IMG/VR virus record: IMGVR_UViG_2595698880_000001
Coordinates: 1-64,000 of that record
DNA from: a virus
Lineage: Duplodnaviria; Caudoviricetes
Length of the DNA: 64,000 nt
Strand: one strand, 5' to 3'
The notes under the pieces were generated by a model. That model was given only the letters and a program-made list of their open reading frames with translations, was not told the origin of the DNA and did no database searches. The stretch's first letter is position 1. Each line of letters starts with the position of its first letter. Shown one piece after another: positions 28,039 through 38,042 of this stretch. Position numbers and translations under genes: made by a program.

Positions 28039-28068
28039 GAGAAATGCATCCGAAACCCTTGTATTAAT
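28039..28068 (+). promoter_or_regulatory. Putative late promoter whose spacer is an anti-SD
   Basis: GAGAAA-N16-GTATTAAT; 28049-28060 pairs with 28108-28119. Confidence 0.7.
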
Positions 28069-28119
28069 GAATTCAGAACGGAAAAGTTCAATATTTTTTA
28101 ATTAATGGAGGGTTTTGGA

Positions 28120-28578
28120 ATGGCAAAGGTTAATAAATTCGCAAGCAAGGTTAGTAAATTAAAACGTACAGGTAAGGTACACTTTAACACTGATGAAGGT
28201 GAAGTGTTGGAATTCGTGGTTGAATCACGTAAAAGTGAAGCTATCGATGAAATTAATGGACAATATGATGCTCTTAAACCAAAAGTGCCGACTAAAAAAT
28301 TACCAGCTCGTAACGGCTTCAAAGTAGTTGAGCAGCATGACGATCCTGAATATAAAAAAGCTTTAGGTGTTATTCAACGTAAGAACTTAGCTCATTTAGC
28401 TTTACTGTTCTTAGCTGAAGACGAACGCCCTGAAGGTGAAATTGAAGAACAAGTTCAGCAAATTATGGACATTGAACTTGCTGGATTCATCGGTAAAGTC
28501 GTTAACAAAGGTCTTGAGATTTCAGGTCTAGGCGGCGAAGATGATGAAGAAGAGTTCGAAGAAGTAAAAAACGACTAG
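28120..28578 (+). CDS. Tail assembly chaperone (gpG-like)
   Basis: DDPEYKKAL motif; slippery A AAA AAC just before the stop. Confidence 0.75.
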   Translation: MAKVNKFASKVSKLKRTGKVHFNTDEGEVLEFVVESRKSEAIDEINGQYDALKPKVPTKKLPARNGFKVVEQHDDPEYKKALGVIQRKNLAHLALLFLAEDERPEGEIEEQVQQIMDIELAGFIGKVVNKGLEISGLGGEDDEEEFEEVKND

Positions 28579-28769
28579 TAGTAGGAGGGAAATTGAAGAA
28601 TGGCGTTTACGAAGATTACATTTGGTTAGATATTTGTGAACGTTATGGATTAAATCCTATCACTGAATTCGATCCCCTACCTGATGACATAAAAATAATG
28701 ATGAAAGCCAAATGGACGATTGACCAGGAACATAATTCAGAAATGGCTAAGAAGCAAAGTGAGGGGTAG
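28566..28769 (+). CDS. -1 frameshift extension of the tail chaperone (gpGT-like)
   Basis: Slippery site 28566-28572; open -1 frame RLVVGGKLKNGVYEDYIWLDICERYGLNP...QSEG*; terminator follows. Confidence 0.75.
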   Translation, partial: KKRLVVGGKLKNGVYEDYIWLDICERYGLNPITEFDPLPDDIKIMMKAKWTIDQEHNSEMAKKQSEG

Positions 28770-28813
28770 GGCTTATGTCTTACCTCTCATTTTTATTTAT
28801 GGGAGGTGTTTTT

Positions 28814-29260
28814 ATGAGTCTAAGAAGAAAGAAATCAACTGTACAGCTGTTCAGGGATGACATCAAACAAAACATTGAACGCGAAGGATCGAACGTTGTA
28901 TTTGAATGGACTGAAGTAACAGGTGCTACTTGGAATGAAACCTATGAATTGTGGGAGGGTGGAACAGAAACCAAACAATTCTACCACGAACGCGGAATAG
29001 GTAAGATTGTTGATTATAAAGAAGACATCATGGAAGAAGAATTTGCACGTTTTAATGTTGGTGAGTGCATTGTTCGTTTCCCTTATGATTCACCTATATT
29101 CGATGTTTTAACAGGTAAGTCAGATGTTACATTCATTTACCAGGGCCAACGATTTAAAATCGATTCTCCAATGTATACAGGTGATATGATCGACAATTCC
29201 TTTTACGCTTTAACTGTTCGCGGTGTGAAAGATTACGATGGAGCTGTTAAACGTGATTAG
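28814..29260 (+). CDS. Probable head-closure/neck protein
   Basis: Beta-rich; FIYQGQRFKI pattern; position. Confidence 0.5.
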   Translation: MSLRRKKSTVQLFRDDIKQNIEREGSNVVFEWTEVTGATWNETYELWEGGTETKQFYHERGIGKIVDYKEDIMEEEFARFNVGECIVRFPYDSPIFDVLTGKSDVTFIYQGQRFKIDSPMYTGDMIDNSFYALTVRGVKDYDGAVKRD

Positions 29261-29729
29261 AATGAAGCTTGATACAAAAGCAACTGAAAATCTAGTCCAA
29301 AAATTAAAACTGATGCAAAGAGAAATTCTTCAAGAAACGAACAGTGTTGTTAATGACTTAGATCGTAACTTAACTGAAACGTACGAACGATCCGTAGACG
29401 AATTAGTTTATGACCAATATTCTCCTGAAAAATACCAACGAACACTTCATTTACGTGGTGCTCATGGAGCTTTGCAGAGGGACGTTCAATTAGTTGGTTA
29501 TAAAAAGAATTACACATTTAAGATTGATGGAAGTAGTCGTGATCCGGTGGATGGTCAGTCATGGGATACAAAAGCTTACAATGTTGAGCACGGAACAACT
29601 GAAATGAGTGTAGGATTTAATCGTCCATTTATAGCACCTACTCAACAGAAATTAGAATTCGAAACCGAACGATTACGAAAATATTACATTGAACGTATTC
29701 GCGGTTTTATAAGAAAGGCGGCTAAATGA
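29238..29729 (+). CDS. Probable HK97 gp10-like neck/tail completion protein
   Basis: YQRTLHLR...YNVEHGT...RPFIAPT. Confidence 0.6.
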   Translation: MELLNVIRMKLDTKATENLVQKLKLMQREILQETNSVVNDLDRNLTETYERSVDELVYDQYSPEKYQRTLHLRGAHGALQRDVQLVGYKKNYTFKIDGSSRDPVDGQSWDTKAYNVEHGTTEMSVGFNRPFIAPTQQKLEFETERLRKYYIERIRGFIRKAAK

Positions 29730-30187
29730 TGGTATTCGATCAAGAAAAATATATCGAAAGTGTCAAAGGGATTATCATCGCTTATATCAAGAAAACCTTT
29801 CCTGAACACAAAGTCATAACCGCTTTCCCTGATGTCGAAGGAACTAATTTAGATTTAAGTGTTCCTATGATATATGTCGAATTCGAACGTGAATCGAATA
29901 TCGAAAGACGTAGGGGGAAATGGGTAGGAGCTGACAGTTATCAACGAAGAGTAACCGTTGTTTATTCTATCCAGGTTTTTACAAGTGGTGATGGAAAGGG
30001 AGTATTAGCTAGGGATCGTACTATTCAGAAATTGAAAGTCGATATTCCTAGAAATGAAAGAGTTTTCGCTGGTCAGGGCTTACGTAAAGTTGATATGCGT
30101 TTCATGGGATCGTATCGATTAAGGGAACGTATTCATCTAGCAAGAATGGAAGTCTTTACACAAGTAACGATGACAACAATAATGTAA
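29726..30187 (+). CDS. Probable tail terminator
   Basis: PMIYV...YSIQVF pattern; position. Confidence 0.5.
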   Translation: MMVFDQEKYIESVKGIIIAYIKKTFPEHKVITAFPDVEGTNLDLSVPMIYVEFERESNIERRRGKWVGADSYQRRVTVVYSIQVFTSGDGKGVLARDRTIQKLKVDIPRNERVFAGQGLRKVDMRFMGSYRLRERIHLARMEVFTQVTMTTIM

Positions 30188-30202
30188 AGGTTGGTGGAAT
30201 AG

Positions 30203-30925
30203 GTGCTAGGAAGGAAAAGAAAGGAATTTAGTTATGTTGAAAAAAAGTTCAAAGAAAGAGGATTTGAACTTTTAGAAGTTTGTTATCAAGGTAGTAAAAA
30301 AAGAATGAAATATAGATGTCCTAACCATCCACATAAAGATACATTTATTACATTAAATGAATTAACGAGTGGAAATAATTGCCCTTATTGTTCAAGAAAG
30401 AAAGTTGATTTCGAAGATATTATAGTCGCTTTTCACAATAAGAACTTAATCCTCTTAGATGAAAGTTATAAAGGAAATAGAACTAAAATGAAATTCGTTT
30501 GTAGAATTCACAATGATACTGTTCAGAAAATTAATTGGCACGATTTTAATAACACTACATTCAGTTGTAAGTTTTGTGGTGTTGAACATAGAAATAAACA
30601 AATTTCAGGTTCTAACCATTACAACTATAACCCTGAATTGACAGAAGAAGATAGAGAAAGAAAAAGAACTACAGAAGAATATAAAAATTGGAGAATGTCT
30701 GTTTTTGAAAGAGATAACTACGCTTGTCAAAAGTGCGGTGAACATGGTGGTGTTCTTCGTGGTCATCACAAAGATGGATACCATTGGTGCAAAGAAAGAA
30801 GATTTGATTTAGATAACGGTGTAACTTTGTGTGAATCTTGTCATGATAATTTTCATTCGGAATTCGGATTAAGAAATAACACTGAAAAACAATTCGATCA
30901 ATGGATTAAGGATGGTGAGGAATAA
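30203..30925 (+). mobile_element. HNH endonuclease with tandem Zn-binding repeats
   Basis: VFERDNYACQKCG...HHKDG...NGVTLCESCH; two N-terminal C-x-H...CxxC repeats. Confidence 0.85.
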
Positions 30926-33900
30926 TGTCAGATCAAATTAAAATCAGCTTCCAGGTAGACGGTGAGGAGCTTAAACAGATAACACAAGCTATGAATATTT
31001 TGGACAAGTTCAACAAACAAGCAAAAACTGTTGTTGATGGTTTAAATGGCATGGGTACTTCAATGAATGGTGTTGGTCAATCCGCTAAGAATCAAAAAAA
31101 TTCCATTGAAAATTTAGATGCTGCAATGCAATCATGGTCAAATAAGATCAAAGGTCAACAAAAAGAAATGCTGCAACATTCACAAACAGCTAAACGAATG
31201 GCTAATACTTTAAATCAATTAGGTTCTGATGCTAAAGTGACTGCTGATTCTGCTGGACGTTTATCTGCAACTTTTAAAGATATGAATGGAAACACTGTTA
31301 GAATGTCCGGTACTGTTCAACAATTGAATAGCCAAATCGGACAAATGAAAACAACTATCACCGCTACTTCTTCTGCTGTAACTGATTCTAACAAACGTCT
31401 TGCAGCAATGAATAAAGAACAACAACAGTTAGCTAAAGCTATGGCTGATGGACGTTCTAAATTCGAAAATCAATCCAAAGCTGTAAGTAAATTAGCTCAA
31501 GATTACGATAAGCTCCACACTGGAACTCGTGATTTATCTAAAGTTTTAGCTGATAACAAAGGTAAGTTCGACGTTTATACTAACTCATTACAAAAGAATA
31601 GTCAAATTATGAAAGCTTCAATTGATGCTCACGGAAAGTTCTCTCAAACGTTGAAGAACGAAAAAGGTGAGTTAACGACTATTTCAGGTTATTACGACAA
31701 GAACAATCAACGGATCACTGAATACAATCGTAGCATTGTTAAATCTGCTGATGCAATGGGTAGAGCTAGTAAATCAGCTAATCGTTATCAAGCTGAATTG
31801 ATGGGCCTTAACAAGCAAGCGAAAAGTTTCGGTGAGTCACTAGAACATTCAGCTACTAAAATGGTTGAGTGGGGCGCTGCTGGTGCTGTTGTATTTGGTA
31901 TCCAGGATGCTTTTAGAGGTCTAGGTGCAACTATCCTAGAAGTAGATTCACAAATGACTCAATTACGCCGTGTACTTGACGATGATGTTGATATGGGTAA
32001 ATTGTTTGATGGTGCTGTTCGTAATGCAAGTTTGTTAGGTATTAAGTTAACAGACATCAATGAAGCGATGATTGAGTTCGGAAGACAAGGTTTTGACGAT
32101 AGCGAAATCGAAAAATTAACTAAAGCAACAGGTATGATGAAGAACGTAGCTGATATGGATATGGGTATGGCTTCTGAAAACATGACTGCTTTCCTTGCTA
32201 CATTCAGACGTGGCGTTGACGATACAATGGAATATGTTGACAAATTGAACGAAGTTGATAACAAGTACGCTGTAAGTGTTGACCAGCTATCTAACTCCAT
32301 TCGTAAGGCCGGTGGTACTGCAAATGCTTTCGGTGTTTCTATGGATATGGTAATCGGTTATACAACAGCTATCGGTGAAGCGACTCGTGAAAGTGGTCAA
32401 CAAATCGGTAACGCATTAAAAACAATTTTCTCTCGTGTAACAACATTAGGCGGCGCTGAAAAAGTTTTAAATGCTGTTGGTATCGCTGTTAAAGATCAGG
32501 CCGGTGAAGCTCGTAAAGCTGAAGATATTTTCGGTGATCTACACAAAGTATGGGGCGATTTAACAAATGCTGAAAGACAGAACATCGCGTTAAAAGTCGC
32601 TGGAACGCATCAAGTAAACAGATTCTTGGTTATGATGCAGAACTATGATAAAGCTTTAAAATCGGCTAAAACAGCTGAAAATTCATGGGGATCAGCTCAA
32701 CGCGAAAATGCTAAGTACATGGAATCATTACAAGCTAAATTAAACAACTTATGGTCTTCATTACAATTAGCTGCTGTAGCTGCTGGTGATGCAGGATTAA
32801 CTAAAGCGTTCAAGGTGCTTATTGAAACAGCTAATACATTAGTTCAAGGTGTGTTAGGAATGGGTAAAGCAATGGGAGATTTTGCATTATTGTTACCTGT
32901 TGTTGCCACTGGAATAGGCTTATTCACATTCAATCTTATGAAAGTTAAAGCTAATGCTGATCTTGCTGTAATCAGTTTGAATACTGTTGGTACTGCTACA
33001 CAACAAATGGCCCTTAAAATGGGAGCTTCTACAACTGCTGCAACTGTTCTAGGTGGTGCTGTTGGACGTATTACCGGTGGTATTAGAGCAATGACAATTG
33101 CTTTAGCAACAAACCCATTCACAATTTTACTAGCTGCTGCTTCTACAATTGCTTACTTTGTAGGTCAATCTAAACAGATGGACGATCAACTTAAATCTAT
33201 GCAAAACGGATTCAAAGATTCTACAAAAGAATTCAAAGCATTCCAGGAAGCTATTGCTAACAAATCTGTTGATGAATATTCTGTTAACAAATACAAAACT
33301 CAAGTAGATATGTTAAAAGATTCTACAGTCCTTTTAAATGGTGTTATGAAGGATGGAGTTAAAGTATATGAACAACAGAATAACAGTATGGTCGCAATGA
33401 AAGCTGGTACTGAAACAATGGGTATGAGTCAGGCCCAAATGAAGAAGCACTATGCTGAAACAACACTAGCTCGTAAAGCCCTTTCCGAAGAAGAAATGAC
33501 ATCATTATCAACATTAGGTATTTCAATCAAGAAGAACACAACTTTAGCTGATGTTGTTAATCAAGTTAAGAATCGTCAAATCGATGTCAAAGGTGCTGTA
33601 AAAGATGCTGGTGAAGCAATGAAGAAAGCTGACAAAGAAGCTATTTCTCCTGCTATCGATCAATACGGTGATTTGAACGATCAATTAGATAAAAACGCTT
33701 CGTTAATGGAAAACGCTATTGGTTTCACTAACAAGTATATCAAATCGATCAAAGAACAGATTGGTGTAGTTGAATTATTATCAGGTCAAGAAAATTTAAG
33801 CAAGACACAAAAAGACCTTTTAACAATGTCTACTCAAAACTTAACTGAAGCTTTTGGAGATCAGAATGATACAACTGAAGATGTAATTAAAAAAGCTAAA

Positions 33901-36900
33901 GGTCAAGTTAAGAGTATGGATGAATTGATGGAGCTTTCAGGTAAACTAGCTGATGGTACTGCTACTAATGAAGAGAAGAAACGTGCTCAATATCTTCTTA
34001 CACAACAGGCAACATACGAAAATACTCGTGTGGCCCAACAAGAAGCGAATAAAGTAGCTAAAGCTAAACAACAAGAAGCAAAAGAACATAATTATACAGC
34101 TGGTCAAGCGTTCCAAGCTAGTATTAAAACGAATAAGGCTTCTTCTAGTATTTCATCTACGACTACTCAAAAGATGGGTATTGTCAGAGGTGAGTTAAAT
34201 ACAACTGGAACTAAACACGCTGAACACGCTAAATCAGCTCAAGATTCATCTAAGAAAGTACAATTAGCTGGTAGCGAAATGTTCAAAGCTTCTAAACGTG
34301 ATTTCAGCAAAACAAGAGATCAAGTTGACCAAACGAAGAAAGAATACAACAAGTTAGAAGATGAAGCTAAAAACATCCCTAAAGGTATCGCTAAAGGTAT
34401 CATTAATGCTATCGCTGATCCTGAAAAAGCTATTGCTAAATTAGCTGAAAGTCTTGTTAAGAAATTTAAAAAGGCTTTAGGAATCAAGTCACCTTCTCGT
34501 GTGTTTATGGCTTTAGGTGGACACGTTATCGACGGTTTAGTAAATGGTTTAGATGTTGATAACTTGAAATCATTAGGTCAGAACGCATTTAAAGATTTCG
34601 CTGATGGAGCTTTCAACTCAATGGATCAGATTAAAATGTTCCTAAGTGGTGGCGGCCCTGGAAACTTTAAGAATCCTGGTGGCGGTGGAGCTGGTTGGAG
34701 ATCGATGATTTATGCTGCTGCTGCTCAAATGGGTCAATCGGTCACTGAATCAGAGGTAAATGGAATAATTGCCCAAATAAATAGGGAATCCGGAGGAAAC
34801 CAAAACATCACTCAAAGTAGTGCTGTATGGGACGTTAATACCGCTGCTGGAAACCCGGCTAGAGGACTTTTGCAGTATATTCCTCAAACATTTAATGCGT
34901 ATAAAGTCCCAGGTTATGGTTCTATCTATAACGGATATCACCAACTTTTGGCCTTCTTTAATAACAAAACTTGGAAACGCGATCTTCCATATGGACGAAG
35001 AGGATGGGGGCCAAGGGGCGGTACATTCTTTGCAAACGGCGGTATAACAGGATCTATCTATCAACAGGCCGAAAGTAACGGATTTGTGCCAAATGGAGGA
35101 TTTATCAATAAACCTCATTTTGTAGATGGTGGACGTGGTATTGCAGGTGAAGCAGGAGCAGAAGCTATCATTCCTTTATCGAACATGCGTAGAAGTCGTG
35201 CTTTAGACCTATATTCACAAGTTGGAAATATCTTAGGAGTTCACGCTTATGCTAATGGTGGAGTAACTAAGAAGACAACAACGAAAGCTAAACAACCTCC
35301 TGCTGCTTGGTATACTGTTCAATCAGGTAATACTTTAGCTGGTATCGCTAAGTTGTTCGGAACTTCAGTTAAGTATTTACAAAGCATTAACAAAGGTTTA
35401 GCTAAGACATCTAAAGATAAAAAGCTTACTGAAAAAATGAAAGTATCCGTTGCTGGATTGATTACGAAAGATGGTTCTTATCGTGCTAATGATTTACTTT
35501 CACCTTATCGTAAAAAAGCCGGTTATGTTCAAGCTGAAAATGGTACATGGGTAAAGAAAACAACAACGAAAGCTCCTGCTAAGAAACCAACAACACCAGC
35601 TAAACCACCAGCAAAAACATACGCAACTAAATACGGTCATGTAACAGCTATTGAAGGTGATTATAGCGAAATGATGTCTACAATTGGATACTTGCAAAAC
35701 AATGGTATCTATAATGATTCTCAAGCATTATACGCTATGAAATCTCAAGTTCGTCCACAAACTAGAGGTACACAAGATCGTCGTGCTTATAATGATGCTC
35801 AAATCGATATTATTTCTAAAATGGATAATGTCAAGAAAGCTTCAGAATGGTTCAGAAGCGCTAACCTTTTCTTATCAGGTGACGATTGGAAGAAAGCGTA
35901 CAATCAAACTATGGAAATGGTTAAGGCTAATGCAGAAGCAAAAGCTCAAGCTGAAAACGATTCTAAGTTAGCTAACCGTCAAGCGACTTTATCTCGTGAG
36001 CAAACACTTGGATTAGCAACAGCTTCTCGTACTTCATCTTACCTACGTGGAAACATTCGCGCTTACTCTAAGACTGATGAACAGAAGTTAGCATACAACA
36101 CGGCTCAAATGGACGTATTTAAAGGAATGGAAAACCTTAAAACGTTTGGTCAATGGTTCGATCAAGCTAAGTTGTTCGGTACTGCTGCTGAAATCAAACA
36201 AATCAAGGAAAACTTAACTGAAATTGTTCGAGATAATGCAATCGCTGGTGTTACAAATGCTACTAATGCATGGTTTGACACTTTCAGTAAACGTACTCCT
36301 GAAGTCATCAAGAACCTGGAAAGAACAGTCAATACGATTGATTCAATCAAAACAGCTCAAGAAGATGCAGTATTGAATAGCAAGATTGATTCTTATATTT
36401 CTGATCGTCAAGCTGCTTTAGGTTTCGATAACCGTACTGACATTGAGAAAAAGCAATCGAAAATGGATTCTGTTAAGAGTCAAATCGATGCAGCTATTCA
36501 GCAAAACGCTGAACTCAAATTCAAAACGGATTCTTCAGACATTAATGCTAGATTGAAACAACTACAAGCTGATAAGGATAAGTTGAATCAAGGGATGAAA
36601 GAAACAAGTGCTTACGGGAAATCGAAAGGTTTATCTGATAAGGACATCAATGATTCTCTTCAACTTTACAAAGATCAACTTGCAGCTATTCAAGAAGAAA
36701 CAACTAAGCTGATCCAGCAGAAGAAAGATTCTGTTGATATGTTTAACGCGAACGAAACAGCTATTGGTTCTTTAACTGAAGAATATAAGAAATTAGAACG
36801 TGAAATGCAAGAAACGCAACGTCAAGCTGATATCCTTCAGAAGATCAAAGATAAAGTTAATTCTATTTTTGATTGGGATACAAGTAATGTGCTGACTGAA

Positions 36901-37674
36901 AAAACTGACCAATTCGGAAACACGGTGCGTGATATCGAAGGTAACGTTCAGAAAGTCCTAGACATTCAGAAAGCTATCCAGGATATCACAGCTGATATTT
37001 ACAGCAATATCGGAAACACTGTTGACGAAATGGTGACTGAAATCATTTCTTCTCAACTACCTTCCATCGGTGATTTAATGGGTAATGACAATGATTACGG
37101 TGCAATTTCTTCAGGTATTAACGGCGCGATTGATTCAGTTAAGCCAACGTGGGATGCAACACTTTCTTACATGGCTCAATCAACTTCTCAAATGTTCAGT
37201 TCTCAAAACTGGCAAGCTGTTTCTCAAGGATGGATTCAAAGCATGGGTTCTACTATCCAATCTCTTCAACCTTTGTTTGAGCAGATGATGGTAACTATGC
37301 CTGAAACTATGGGTAAAATGTTTGAAAACTTACCTTCACTTGTTTCTGTAGCAATGCAGAACATTACGACAGGTATCTTTAATACAGTTATCCAAATCCT
37401 TAATCAAATGGTTGCTACAGTGAATCAGATCGTTCCTGCTGCTCAACGTATTCCTGCTTTTGAGTCAATGCAATATGCGACTCCAACGTATACGCAAAAT
37501 AACGACAATAGCTCTACAGAAGAGAAGAAAGTGTACTCTGCTGATACTAATGTAGTTAGAAATGTAACGTATGTTGTTCAAGCTGGTGTAGTTGTTGGAA
37601 CGCAAAGTGAAATGAAAGAATTCGCTATGATGATTAAAGAATTGATTGATGAAGAAGAAGGACGTGGTAATTAA
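30925..37674 (+). CDS. Tape measure protein (2249 aa) with lytic transglycosylase and LysM domains
   Basis: TP901-type core; GIKSPSRVF; INRESGGN...GLLQYIPQTF (SLT); GEAGAEAIIPL; YTVQSGNTLAGIAKLFGTSV (LysM). Confidence 0.92.
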   Translation: MSDQIKISFQVDGEELKQITQAMNILDKFNKQAKTVVDGLNGMGTSMNGVGQSAKNQKNSIENLDAAMQSWSNKIKGQQKEMLQHSQTAKRMANTLNQLGSDAKVTADSAGRLSATFKDMNGNTVRMSGTVQQLNSQIGQMKTTITATSSAVTDSNKRLAAMNKEQQQLAKAMADGRSKFENQSKAVSKLAQDYDKLHTGTRDLSKVLADNKGKFDVYTNSLQKNSQIMKASIDAHGKFSQTLKNEKGELTTISGYYDKNNQRITEYNRSIVKSADAMGRASKSANRYQAELMGLNKQAKSFGESLEHSATKMVEWGAAGAVVFGIQDAFRGLGATILEVDSQMTQLRRVLDDDVDMGKLFDGAVRNASLLGIKLTDINEAMIEFGRQGFDDSEIEKLTKATGMMKNVADMDMGMASENMTAFLATFRRGVDDTMEYVDKLNEVDNKYAVSVDQLSNSIRKAGGTANAFGVSMDMVIGYTTAIGEATRESGQQIGNALKTIFSRVTTLGGAEKVLNAVGIAVKDQAGEARKAEDIFGDLHKVWGDLTNAERQNIALKVAGTHQVNRFLVMMQNYDKALKSAKTAENSWGSAQRENAKYMESLQAKLNNLWSSLQLAAVAAGDAGLTKAFKVLIETANTLVQGVLGMGKAMGDFALLLPVVATGIGLFTFNLMKVKANADLAVISLNTVGTATQQMALKMGASTTAATVLGGAVGRITGGIRAMTIALATNPFTILLAAASTIAYFVGQSKQMDDQLKSMQNGFKDSTKEFKAFQEAIANKSVDEYSVNKYKTQVDMLKDSTVLLNGVMKDGVKVYEQQNNSMVAMKAGTETMGMSQAQMKKHYAETTLARKALSEEEMTSLSTLGISIKKNTTLADVVNQVKNRQIDVKGAVKDAGEAMKKADKEAISPAIDQYGDLNDQLDKNASLMENAIGFTNKYIKSIKEQIGVVELLSGQENLSKTQKDLLTMSTQNLTEAFGDQNDTTEDVIKKAKGQVKSMDELMELSGKLADGTATNEEKKRAQYLLTQQATYENTRVAQQEANKVAKAKQQEAKEHNYTAGQAFQASIKTNKASSSISSTTTQKMGIVRGELNTTGTKHAEHAKSAQDSSKKVQLAGSEMFKASKRDFSKTRDQVDQTKKEYNKLEDEAKNIPKGIAKGIINAIADPEKAIAKLAESLVKKFKKALGIKSPSRVFMALGGHVIDGLVNGLDVDNLKSLGQNAFKDFADGAFNSMDQIKMFLSGGGPGNFKNPGGGGAGWRSMIYAAAAQMGQSVTESEVNGIIAQINRESGGNQNITQSSAVWDVNTAAGNPARGLLQYIPQTFNAYKVPGYGSIYNGYHQLLAFFNNKTWKRDLPYGRRGWGPRGGTFFANGGITGSIYQQAESNGFVPNGGFINKPHFVDGGRGIAGEAGAEAIIPLSNMRRSRALDLYSQVGNILGVHAYANGGVTKKTTTKAKQPPAAWYTVQSGNTLAGIAKLFGTSVKYLQSINKGLAKTSKDKKLTEKMKVSVAGLITKDGSYRANDLLSPYRKKAGYVQAENGTWVKKTTTKAPAKKPTTPAKPPAKTYATKYGHVTAIEGDYSEMMSTIGYLQNNGIYNDSQALYAMKSQVRPQTRGTQDRRAYNDAQIDIISKMDNVKKASEWFRSANLFLSGDDWKKAYNQTMEMVKANAEAKAQAENDSKLANRQATLSREQTLGLATASRTSSYLRGNIRAYSKTDEQKLAYNTAQMDVFKGMENLKTFGQWFDQAKLFGTAAEIKQIKENLTEIVRDNAIAGVTNATNAWFDTFSKRTPEVIKNLERTVNTIDSIKTAQEDAVLNSKIDSYISDRQAALGFDNRTDIEKKQSKMDSVKSQIDAAIQQNAELKFKTDSSDINARLKQLQADKDKLNQGMKETSAYGKSKGLSDKDINDSLQLYKDQLAAIQEETTKLIQQKKDSVDMFNANETAIGSLTEEYKKLEREMQETQRQADILQKIKDKVNSIFDWDTSNVLTEKTDQFGNTVRDIEGNVQKVLDIQKAIQDITADIYSNIGNTVDEMVTEIISSQLPSIGDLMGNDNDYGAISSGINGAIDSVKPTWDATLSYMAQSTSQMFSSQNWQAVSQGWIQSMGSTIQSLQPLFEQMMVTMPETMGKMFENLPSLVSVAMQNITTGIFNTVIQILNQMVATVNQIVPAAQRIPAFESMQYATPTYTQNNDNSSTEEKKVYSADTNVVRNVTYVVQAGVVVGTQSEMKEFAMMIKELIDEEEGRGN

Positions 37675-38039
37675 TGGATCAATTTAGATTAGGAGTCAAA
37701 GGAGAGGGCTATGCCTTCTTCCTTCCTGATTCTTATAACAAAGACACAAAAGTAATCGGTGGACAAATGCGTAGATCAATTAGCGGTAAAGCTAAAAGGG
37801 ATATCATCACCACTAAGAAAGTATTTTCACTTGGATTCACATTTTTATCAGCTGATGAAACTGCTGCTATTTATGAACAGTTCTTAAAAAATATCGAAGA
37901 TGGTAAAAACTTAACCTTTGCTGATGATGAAGGTGTAGAATATACCGTGATGTTCGCTAATGACAGTTTCGGAATTAGTGATAGACAAGCTGCTGATGAA
38001 GTTTTTTGGTCAGGGAATATTAACTTGGAAGAGGTGTAA
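37674..38039 (+). CDS. Probable distal tail protein
   Basis: 121 aa directly after the tape measure; ends LEEV. Confidence 0.6.
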   Translation: MDQFRLGVKGEGYAFFLPDSYNKDTKVIGGQMRRSISGKAKRDIITTKKVFSLGFTFLSADETAAIYEQFLKNIEDGKNLTFADDEGVEYTVMFANDSFGISDRQAADEVFWSGNINLEEV

Positions 38040-38042
38040 GGA

